A program made the translations under genes and the position numbers. The notes under the pieces are model-generated. The model worked only from the letters and a program-made list of their open reading frames with translations. It ran no database searches and was not told the DNA's origin. 64,000 bases of DNA from Octopus vulgaris (Eukaryota): contig OX597826.1 in NCBI GenBank assembly GCA_951406725.2, positions 48,794,001 through 48,858,000 of the forward strand, given 5' to 3'. Below, in pieces: positions 52,418-64,000 of the stretch; position 1 is the first letter of the stretch; each line of letters begins with the position of its first letter.

Positions 52418-54059
52418 AAAAATGAACCAAAACATTTGACCTCACCTGAAAAAACCCATTTAACTTTGATAGAGAATATAAACATAAGAGTTTCTTTACA
52501 ACTGTTTCTAGAAGAGCCAAGCATGTAGATCATAATATTGAGTAAGGATTCCATAAGTATTCCATCATCAGAGAGGGAGAAGTCAAAGAAATGTATAAAT
52601 ATTTATATATAGATATATATAAATAATATAAATATATACATGAAGAAATTTCTATATATGAAGACAAAGTTTATTTTAACACGATACCTCTCAAAATCAC
52701 CTGAGGAGACACATCTACAATGAGGGATATGCCTAAACCAAATCTTCAGTATCCCACCCGTGTGGGGATCAATGCTAGATGAGTTAAAGCAATTGTAGTG
52801 ATCAATAAAGATTCTTGTATCTTCCATCTTCAATCTCTCATTAATCAAATACCCAGTGAACATGCTTTAGTGGTAAACTGCCAGGTGTATGCCATAAAAT
52901 TCATTAAGTAATATATATACATATATATACATAAATATATATACACACATATATATACATATATACATATATATATATGTATGTATATATATATATATGT
53001 ATGTATATATATATGTATGTCCAACCCGTGCTAGCGTGGAAAACGGACGTTAAACGATGATGATGATGATGTATATATATATGTATATGTATGTATATAT
53101 ATATGTATATATAACCACATATATATATATACATATATATATACACACACATATATATATAGATATATATACAGATACACACACACTCACACAGACACAC
53201 ACACACACACCACATACACACACACACATATACATATGTATATGTGTGTGTGTGTGTGTATACATTGATTGGTTGCGGGGATAATTATGATCCTGGCAAT
53301 CACCTCATCAGCAAATTATGTAGGATTCTGGATAGCAAAGTGTTCCAATAATCAAAGGAAGGTCAGTAAGATTCCCATTAATATAAAGAGGAATACTCTG
53401 CAATTCTAAAGTAAGATCCAATAGGCTTAATTAAAGCCCCACTAAGAGAATAATGGCATTAATATTCTAAATGAGGAAAAGAAGTCAAATTGACCTTACA
53501 ATCGTTTCCATAAACAAATGATCTGGTTTTATTTCATATCTCATACAATATCATGTAATGCATAATATAATAATTAGTTTATAGTTCATTCACTTCATCA
53601 GACATATATATATGGAATTTATTACTTATTCCAGCATGGAAGGTGTTTACAAGCCATTTAAGAAACACACAATATTACTTGTTATTGTATGAGATATCAA
53701 ATTTTTAAAAATCATTCATTTACAAAAACAATCGTAATATCAGCTTGACTTCTTACCTCATTTAGATTTTTATTATTATTATAATTGTTTAAAATTTGGT
53801 AATTTCAAGCAAATTTCAACTGCTACACCTCCATGTTGCTGGGTTGTGTTTTTTTTTTGTTGTTGGGAGTGTGCAAACTTTTTCCGGTATTGTATTGTGT
53901 CAGTTTTTTTTTACTTTTGAAGCATGGTGCAGTCTTTTGTTGTATTACTATTTGCATTGTGTTGAGTGTGTAATGTGTTGGTTATTCAGATTGCCGGTGG
54001 AAGTTTATTTTATTTGATAATTGCTATATATAGAGTGTGTCTTGTGTTGAGGCTGTATT

Positions 54060-54205
54060 ATTTAATAAATAGTGTCTTGTGTAGGATGTGGACTGTTCCC
54101 AGCAGGGCCATTTTTTGGATAGTGTGTAGTGTTGAGAATCCAGGCATAGCTTCTATGTCTTTGTTCATATGCTTTTTTATCATGTCCAATGCTCCAATTA
54201 TTACT
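54060..54205 (-). pseudogene. R4/Dong-like ORF C-terminus abutting (TAA)n
   Basis: VIIGALDMIKK...IQKMALLGTVHILHKTL; directly adjacent to the (ATT)n tract at 54210-54372. Confidence 0.75.
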
Positions 54206-54242
54206 GTATTATATTATTATTATTATTATAATTATTATTATA

Positions 54243-54373
<131 letters not shown>

Positions 54374-54713
54374 AAAGAAAGTGTGTTAAAATATAGATTG
54401 GAGAAAGAAAGAAAAGAAAAAGAAAGAAAAACTGAAGAAAGCAAGGTGAATGAAGAAATAAAGGGTTTGTCAAAAGCTCAAACCCCAGGGAATAAACTGA
54501 TTTTGGGTGGGGAGTTACAAGAGAACCAAATACTTCAATGAGGAAAATCTATTTATTTCACGTTATGGTTAATTATATTTAACGACATGAACATTGAAGA
54601 ATTTGATCAATTGCCTTCTATTATTTCTCTACAAAATTATAAATTTGTGCATATTATTGCCACAATTCCTATGTCTGAGTATCTATCTATCAATCAATCA
54701 ATCAATCTATTTC

Positions 54714-54761
<48 letters not shown>

Positions 54762-54803
54762 ACTATCTATCTATCTATCTACCTATCAATACACCTACAT
54801 CTG

Positions 54804-54871
<68 letters not shown>

Positions 54872-54937
54872 ATTGTCTGATAGTCTGTCTATCTAAGAAT
54901 CTGTCAGTGTATCTATTTGCCTCCCACTCTCCCTCTC

Positions 54938-54984
<47 letters not shown>

Positions 54985-55434
54985 ATCTCCTCAGACAGAA
55001 ACAATTATGATTTAATTTCCCCCACCCCCAACCTAATTTTGGTATTGTTTAGATCACAATAACGACATGGATAGCAAATGTAAAAGAGAAAAGGAGTCTG
55101 AAAGCAAGAACCCTTTTCTTCTCTATCTCTTAAAAACAAAAAGAAATTTTCCTTTTTATTTCCTTTTTATTTGTTTATTTATTAATTTTCAAATATTTCT
55201 AGTAATTTAGTGTTATTAACCTCTTTTCTCATCTTCCTTACCTTCTCCTGCACTGCCTGCACTGGTCCTGTGCATTTGACTGCATATGTCTATTTATATA
55301 CACATATACGCATCAACATCATCATCATCATCATCATCATTTGAACTGTTTGATGGGTCCAAAGTTTCTCTATTTATCTATCTGTCTGTCTGTCCGTCTA
55401 TAGACTGATAGACATATATAGGTATATATAAGTA

Positions 55435-55523
<89 letters not shown>

Positions 55524-55601
55524 GTGTGTGTGTGTGTGCATGTGTGTCTGTATGTGTGTCTGTGTGTGTGTCTGTGTGTCTCTGTGTGTGTGTGTGTCTG
55601 T

Positions 55602-55659
<58 letters not shown>

Positions 55660-55799
55660 ATAGTTATGTATGGATAGATGGACAGGTAAGCAGAGAGACA
55701 GACTGACAGATGAAAAAACAGACGAATGGACAGACGGACAGGTAGATGGACAGATGGACAGACAGGCAGACAGACGGACAGACAGGCAGACAGACGGAC

Positions 55800-55878
<79 letters not shown>

Positions 55879-56170
55879 GACAGACAGCAGACAGGCAGAT
55901 AGACAGAGAAAAATACATTTTATCATTTGTAATTGGCAGAAAGTTAAATGTAATAAAACATAAAAATAATTAAAACCAAAAGCAGTTCTACTTTGTCTGA
56001 TTGTCTTACCAAACCTTACATATATACACACATACACACACATATTCACATACATATACATGGATTCACACAAACATCAACATTGTTTAATATCCATGTT
56101 CCATGCTACACACACACACACACATATATATATACATACACACACACTTATTCACACATGCACACACACA

Positions 56171-56250
<80 letters not shown>

Positions 56251-56819
56251 GTCTTGATCCAGGTACACATGATCAGAGGTGATCCATCCATGACAAATGT
56301 TACATAGACACACACATACACACACACTCACACACACACACATAACCACACACATGCACATACATACATACATACATACATACATACATACATACATACA
56401 TACATACATACATGCATACATATATACAATTATACATATAGGCATATATATATACATGCAAGTATGTGTACACAACTGTTCTTAGACAAAGGTCCAAGGA
56501 TTTTGGTCGTCCTTCAGAGGGGGAAACAATATCGATGATGGCGGGGAGGGGGGCATAAATTAATATGCTGTCTAAAAACCTCTAATCATTAGAAGATTGA
56601 ATCGTTAAGGAAATGGAGGTCATTAGCCACAATTTAGTTACCATAGAAACAAGCCAATTCAACCAGCTGTCCTATGAGGACAATGGCTTCCCTTGAGTAA
56701 TACGACAGAAATCTTATGGCTGTGGCAACATCTTCAAAGACATAAGAGCAACTGGAGCCATTAATGTTGTAATAACATTCTTTCATTCTGTGATTCTTTT
56801 ATTCTTTTATTCTTTTAGT

Positions 56820-57033
56820 CTTTTATTCTTTCGCTTGTTTCAGTCATTTGACTGCAGCCATGCTGGATCACTGCAGTGAAGGGTTTTAGTCGAAGAAATC
56901 GACCCCAGGACTTATTCTTTGTAAGCGAAGCACTTATTCTATTGCTCTCTTTTGCTGAACCACTAAGTTACGGGTACATAAACACACTAACATCGGTTGT
57001 CAAGCAATGGTGGGAGGACAAGCAGAGACACAA

Positions 57034-57081
<48 letters not shown>

Positions 57082-57530
57082 ATATAAATGATATATAAAT
57101 ATATGCATATATACATACATATATGTACATACCTACATATATATGTATATATAGATGCATATATGGCTACAAGACATCAAAAAAACGTTGAAGACAATGA
57201 GAAACGAAAACATTAAAACAAAAACATAGAAAAGAACTTTTTTTCAAACAACGAAAAAATAGAGAAACAAGATATACAACACAAGGAATATTCCCCTTCT
57301 TCAGTTGTCCCTACTCCACGTATCTTTATATATATATATATATGCATGCATATGTGTGTGCGTGTGTGTGTGTGTGTGTGTGTGACGGGCTTCTTTCACT
57401 TTCTGTCTACCACTCACAAGGGTTTGGTCAGCCTGAGGCTATAGTAGAACACACTTGCCCAAGGTGCCACACCATGGGATTGAACTCAGAACCATGTGGC
57501 TGGAAAGCAAACTTCTTTTCACACAGCCAT
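56820..57530 (-). mobile_element. SINE family A interrupted in its internal microsatellite
   Basis: Tail 56820-57035 and head 57383-57530; foreign insert at about 57130-57330. Confidence 0.7.
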
Positions 57531-57874
57531 GCATATTGTATTGTTATGACAGCGCTGGTGTTTATATGTGTTGTTGTTGATGTTTAACCCCTGTCCTCTC
57601 CTGATCCGGCATACCTGTGATCAGAATTTTCAAGCCATCGTAATAGTGTTTTGTGCATTTGTTTTTTGTGTTTTGTTTGTTTGGTTCTTTGTGAGGGTTT
57701 TTTCCAAGCATATTTTGTATGAAGTTCTGTTGCTGTGCATCTCTTGGTTTTAAAAAGGATACTTAATGTCCCTGGAGTGTCTGTGCCCTGTATGAGATTA
57801 CTTAAATAGGGGTGGCCACATGAAAGGTGTCTGACTATAGGCAGAGAAGTGGCCATGTAGTAAGAAGGTTGTAG

Positions 57875-58033
57875 TAAGGTGGCGAGCTGGCAGAAACGTT
57901 AGCACGCCGGGCAAAATGCCTAGCAGTATTTTGTCTGCCGTTATGTTAGATAGATAGATAGTCTGCCGATAGATATATAGATATATAGGTAGATTGATCA
58001 ATAGATAGATATAGACAGACAGATATATAGAAG

Positions 58034-58130
<97 letters not shown>

Positions 58131-58355
58131 AAGGCAGCAAGCTGGTAGTATCCCGGGCAAAATACTTAGCGGTATTTCATCAGCCGCTATGTTCTGGGTT
58201 CAAATTCTGTCAAGGTCGACTTTGCCTTTCATCCTTTTGGGGTCGATAAATTAAGTACCAGTTACACACTGGGGTCAATGTAATCGACTTAATTCGTTTG
58301 TCTGTCCTTGTGTGTCCCCTCTATGTTTAGCCCCTTTTGAGCAATAAAGAAATAA
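57875..58355 (+). mobile_element. SINE family B head, (GATA)n tract and second SINE B copy
   Basis: Heads at 57875 and 58131; tail to 58355. Confidence 0.8.
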
Positions 58356-58760
58356 GAAGCTTGCTTCCCAATGACATGGCTCCAGGTTCAGTCCAACTGA
58401 GTGATGCTTTGGGTAAATGTCTTCTATTATAGCCTTGGGACAATGAAAGCCCTGTGAGTGGGTTTGATAGACTGAAACTGAAAGAAGCCTGTCATATGTG
58501 TGTGTGTGTATATGTGTGTGTGTGTATGTGTGTGTGTGTATGTGTGTGTGTGTATGTGTGTGTTTGTTCTCCCATCACCACTTGACAACCAGTGTTGGTG
58601 TGTTTACATCCCTGTAACTTATCAGTTTGGCAAAAATGACTGACAGAATAAGTGCCAGGCTTAAAAAATAAGTACTGGTGTTGATTCATTCGACTAAAAT
58701 TCCAAGACAGTGCTCCAGCATAACATTAGTCTAACGACTGAAACAAGTAAAAGATAAAAG
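58355..58760 (+). mobile_element. SINE family A
   Basis: Head (5'-clipped) and tail homology. Confidence 0.8.
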
Positions 58761-58949
58761 ATATATATGAAAAAAAAAAGAAAACAAGTCTTCTGAAAAA
58801 CCACTCTGGCATTGTGGATCAAATGTAAGGTGTTGTTGCTGTTGTTGTTGTTGTTGCTGTTGCTGATGGCAATAATTGTATGCAGAGGAAAGCTTTGAGG
58901 AACTGTGCAAACTGGTAAAAATAACAGCAGCCAAATGTTCCTCAAATTA

Positions 58950-59397
58950 TACTGTCATCATCATCATCATCATCATCGTCGTTGTCGTTGTCATTGTCAT
59001 CATCGTCATCATCATCACCATCGTCATCATATTCGTCATCGTCGTCATCATCATCATCATCATTTTCATCATTGCCGTTGTCATCACCAGCTTTGTCATT
59101 GCCATTCGTCATTGTTGCCACCATCATTGTAATTGCTTACATTGTCATCATCATCATCATCATCATCATCATTGTCATCATCATTGTCATCACAAGCATT
59201 GTCAGCACTGTTGCTGTCATCGTCGTCATCATCATCATCATCATTATCTTCATCATTATTATTATTGCCATCATCATCACCATCATTGTCATCATCATTA
59301 TCTTCATTATTGTAATTATCATCGTCATCATCAACATTGCCAGCATTGTTGCTGTCATTATCATCGTCATCATCTTCATCATCATCATCATCATCAA

Positions 59398-59435
<38 letters not shown>

Positions 59436-60162
59436 CCATCATGATCATCATCATCATCAACATCATCATCATCATCATCGTCATCATCATCATCATCACC
59501 ATCATGATCATCACCATGATCATCATCACCATCATTGTCATCATCAACATTGTCATTATTGTTGATGTCATCGTCATCATCGTCATCATCATTATCTTTA
59601 TCATTATCATTACCGTCATCATAATCATCACCGTCATTGTAATCATCATCAGCAGCAGCAACAGCAACAGCACTAGTAGCAGTAGCTGTAGTGGCAGTAG
59701 CAGCAACAAGTCATCGGAGCATTACCCTCACAATATTCAGTTCAGGGTTTAGTGAAGAGGGAGACAGCTTGTGTTATTTCCCTAATTGGAAAGGGGTGCT
59801 CCTGCTGACAATGAGGGATAAAGTATTGTGTTGGGGAGAGAGAGAGAGGGAGAAGAGGGTTGTTATAGTAATAATAAGAAGGGGCAGGGGAGGAGGAGGG
59901 GGACGGGGTTCTAGCTGGTGAGGGTGGTGGTAGTTGTGGTAGGGATGGTGATGATTATGGTGATGGAGAAACAGTATAAAAATGATGACAAAGGTGGTGG
60001 TAGTGGTGGTGGTGCTGCTAGTAAAAGTGTGATGGTAATGATGATGATGATAACAATGATGATGATAATGAGGGGGAGGCCGACGGCGTGAGGAGGTGGT
60101 GGTGACAAAGATGATATTAATGATGATGGTGATGATGATGATGTTGACAACAAAGTTAATAG

Positions 60163-60198
<36 letters not shown>

Positions 60199-61150
60199 CA
60201 ATGGTGACGATGATGATGATGATAATGATGAGGATGAGGATGACAATGATGATGGTGATGATGATGATGGTGATGACGATGATGGTGGTGAGGGTGATGA
60301 TGATGATGATGATGATGATGGTGAATATGGTGGTGGTGGTGGTGGTGGTGGTGATAACAATGATGTTGATGATGATGATGATGAAGAGGAAGGTGAAGGC
60401 AGTAAGGATGACAACAATTCCAAATGATGTCACCACCACCCCTACCATGACCCTGTCCCATCCCATCTCATCTCAACCAGTTCCTGTTGCTCTGGTACTC
60501 ACCACTGCTTGAACAAAAACCTACCCACCCCTGCCACCACTATCACCACCACCACCACTACCATCATCATTATCATCACCATCATCATCATGCTAAACAT
60601 ATCAACCCCACTACCACCACCACTACCTCTGCTGCTGCCTCCACCACCACCCTCTCATGCATCTGCTGGATTAGGTTTGACCTGGAGTTTACACAACAAC
60701 AATCTGCATCAGTGCATCACCATCAGCAGCAGCAGCAGCAGTGCCACTGTACTACCACCGCCACTACCACCCATCACCACCACCACTATCACCACCACCA
60801 CCACTAAAAGCATCATACCCATCACCATTCTGACAATTCCACTACTCCGAACAAGATCATCATTACCACTTTCTCCTCCACCAGCTCCGCAAGCATCACA
60901 ACTACAACCACCACCACAACCACCACAAACCACTACCAGCACCACCACCACCACCAACAGCAACAACAACAATACTGTTACCACTACCACTACTACTACC
61001 ACCATCACTACAATTTTGTCTCCTCTACCAAAACATTCAAACATAACCATTACCATCTTCAACAAAACCACCACCACCACCACCATCACATCCACCACCA
61101 CCCCTCTCCACCACCGCCACCCCCACCGCCCTTCCAGTCAGTGCCATTGA
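58950..61150. repeat. Long cryptic trinucleotide region (CAT)n / (GAT,GGT)n / (CAC,CAT)n
   Basis: Read directly; source of the poly-His/Ile/Ser/Met ORFs. Confidence 0.92.
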
Positions 61151-61438
61151 AGACAACCATTGTCATCAGGGCACCCATTCAACAAAGATCTGTCTGACTG
61201 TTTGTCTGCTAGACTAAATGAACTTGGATTCCTTGGATTGAGTCACCGATGGTGGTGGGATGAGGTGTGTGTGTATGTGAGTGTGTAAGAGAGAGGGAGT
61301 GGGGGAGAAGGAGGGAGAGAGAAGAAGGGGAGTGGAAGGACGGATAGATGGATTGATAGAGAGGTAAATAGATAGATGGATACAGACAGACAGACAGATA
61401 GATAAAGGCAGACTAATAGCTAGCTAGACAGGCAACAA

Positions 61439-61522
<84 letters not shown>

Positions 61523-61555
61523 GCATAGAGAATGACAGACTGACAGACAGACAGG

Positions 61556-61593
<38 letters not shown>

Positions 61594-61683
61594 CAAAGGT
61601 AGATTGATCAATAGATAGATATAGACAGACAGACAGATATATAGAAGGATAGATAGATAGATAAATAGATAGATAGATAAATA

Positions 61684-61907
61684 AAAGGCGGAGAGCTGGT
61701 AGCATGCTGGGCAAAATGCTTAGCGATATTTCGTCTGCCGTTATGTTCTGGGTTCAAATTCCGCCAAGGTCGTCTGTGCCTTTCATCCTTTTGGGGTCGA
61801 TTAAATAAGTACCAGTTACACACAGGGGTCGATATAATCGACTTAATCCGTTTGTCTGTCCCTGTTTGTCCCCTCTGTGTGTAGCCCCTTGTGGGCAGTA
61901 AAGAAAT

Positions 61908-61910
<3 letters not shown>
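61684..61910 (+). mobile_element. SINE family B
   Basis: Homology to 58131-58355, including a shared head deletion. Confidence 0.85.
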
Positions 61911-61945
<35 letters not shown>

Positions 61946-62719
61946 TAGATAGATAGATAGGAAGTAAGAGATAGGGTGTAAGAGAGACATAGTAGTAATT
62001 ATTGTTATTTAGCCCCGGGTCAACGTCCTATGATCAAAGTGATGGTGATGTTGATTATGGTGAATGTGGCAGTGGAGTGGGAGAACAAGAAGATTGGAGG
62101 AGGAGACACATGGAAAGAAAGTGAGGAGGAGAAAGGGAGGGAGAGGGAAGGAGAGAGGAAAAGAGAGTCAGTTGGAGAGTAAGTTGGAGAATAAGGGTCT
62201 TAGCTAAAAAAAAGGAGAGACAGACAGATGGTGAGGGAGGAAGTGGGGGAGAGAGAGGGATTTAGGGAAGTGTATGTATATGACAAAGAGATAGGAAATA
62301 AAGAAAGAGACAAGCAAACAATGACTGAGAGAAAAGAAACAATAAGAGAAAGAAAAAAAGAAAGAAAGAAGAGTGTTGACTCGGTGGGGGGAGTGTGATT
62401 GTTCTAATGGTAGCAGGAGAAGAGAGGTAGGGGGTGGAGAAGGGGGTGATATGTATTATGGGTAGGGACAGCATTGTGTGGGGGGGTTGGGGGAGGGGGA
62501 CGAGCGGCAGAGGGGGGGAAGTCTTTGAAAATGCTGAAGACTTGTTGACATGGATTCATCTTTTTGCATTCTTTACAATGGTGACACACAATTCAGCATC
62601 CGACCATCCATCTCTTCTGCATTCCTGCACCCCATTCATCATTCGCCACCCCCTCCAACCATCTTCCTTCTCCTCCTCCTCCTCCTCCTCCTATAACAAC
62701 AACTGCTACTACTGTTAAT

Positions 62720-62743
62720 AACGATGATAATGAAGACGGTAAC

Positions 62744-62839
<96 letters not shown>

Positions 62840-62922
62840 GGTAGTGGTGGTGGTGGTGGTGGTGGTGGCGGTGATGATGATGATGGTGATGATGATGGTG
62901 ATGATGATGGTGATGATAATGG
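62720..62922. repeat. (GAT)n(GGT)n microsatellite
   Basis: Read directly from the sequence. Confidence 0.95.
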
Positions 62923-63021
62923 TACACACGTCTTCCCTTCTCACATCATCACTCGCAAAAACACTCATGCACAATCACAAACTGTACATACATATATAAA
63001 CACATCAGTATGTATATAATG

Positions 63022-63073
<52 letters not shown>

Positions 63074-63828
63074 TACACACACACACACATGTATAAAGAC
63101 ATATAAATATACATATATATATATGCATATTTATATATCCATGTATAAATGTGTGTGTGTGTGTGTGTTATCATAATTATGCATATATTGTCATACAAAC
63201 TGTACATTCATGTAGGGCTTGGCTTGCAATCCCTTACCACAGGTTTCATAAAGTCCCTTATGTTGGCATGGTGACAGTATACATCAGTGAAGCAGCTTCT
63301 ACAATCACCATGGTAACAGATGAAACTTTTCGAAAGAGATAATTGAATGTTATACCTAAGAGTGTGAAGCAAACAGATCCCAAGACCAAGTATTTGGTAA
63401 TATGGCGGAAGTGCAAAGAGAAAATGAAGATTATTAAAACAAATGAATTCACTGTTAAAATGTATGAGCCAGTATAAATGAATGCACTTCTATGTGGTTG
63501 TCTGACTTGCTAGAAATAGGAGTGAAACATCATGCATTGGACAATGTAGTTGTTGGCCAGAAGAAAATTACAAGGCTGGAACATTTTTTATCATAAGTCT
63601 CACAAACAGAGCTGACCTGGGGTTAAACAACAACAGCTAAGATGTTAATTTGATTAAGATTGATTTTGTACAAGGGCAAGTGTGAAGGTATCCAAAATTT
63701 CTTTGGGTTTATCATATCTGTTATTCTTGGAGAGGGTTACCAAAGGTGTCTTTGGTACCTAGGTACTGGAAACCCTTGCAATGACACTGATGCAAGTTCT
63801 CAAATTTGTGTAACAAGAACAGGGAGTT

Positions 63829-63843
63829 ATCATCATCATCATC

Positions 63844-63924
<81 letters not shown>

Positions 63925-64000
63925 GACATTATCGTCATTATTGTTATCATCACCATCATCATCCCCATCATCATCCCCATCATCATCATCATCATCTTCA
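63829..64000. repeat. (CAT)n microsatellite
   Basis: Read directly from the sequence. Confidence 0.95.

Noticed and set aside
58876-59752. His/Cys-rich 229-aa and Ser/Ile-rich 256-aa ORFs as metal-binding or beak-type proteins
   Set aside because: Several frames are open because of (CAT)n; no signal peptide, splice context or non-repetitive domain.

Overview
AT-rich, repeat-saturated eukaryotic DNA, almost certainly a coleoid cephalopod (Octopus-like), judged from its SINE families and extreme microsatellite load. I find no intact protein-coding gene; nearly all listed ORFs are microsatellite artefacts. The window holds several SINE families, decayed Tc1/mariner, hAT, Tigger and piggyBac-type elements, a non-autonomous Helitron, a Gypsy relic with its 5' LTR, a solo LTR, and R4/Dong- and RTE-type LINE relics. 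The most interesting signal is a set of short elements in or beside (TA)n tracts that carry minimal type-I hammerhead ribozyme motifs with palindromic loop III (four intact cores, several decayed) and/or asymmetric head-to-head foldback inversions. A Penelope-type RT motif (GLYRDDGL) is also present. Other notable items are a perfect 111-bp-arm palindrome built from a SINE tail, microsatellite-hinged foldbacks and a 72-bp minisatellite with higher-order structure. All calls were made by eye. Element boundaries are approximate unless TSDs/TIRs are quoted, and family names are unverified.
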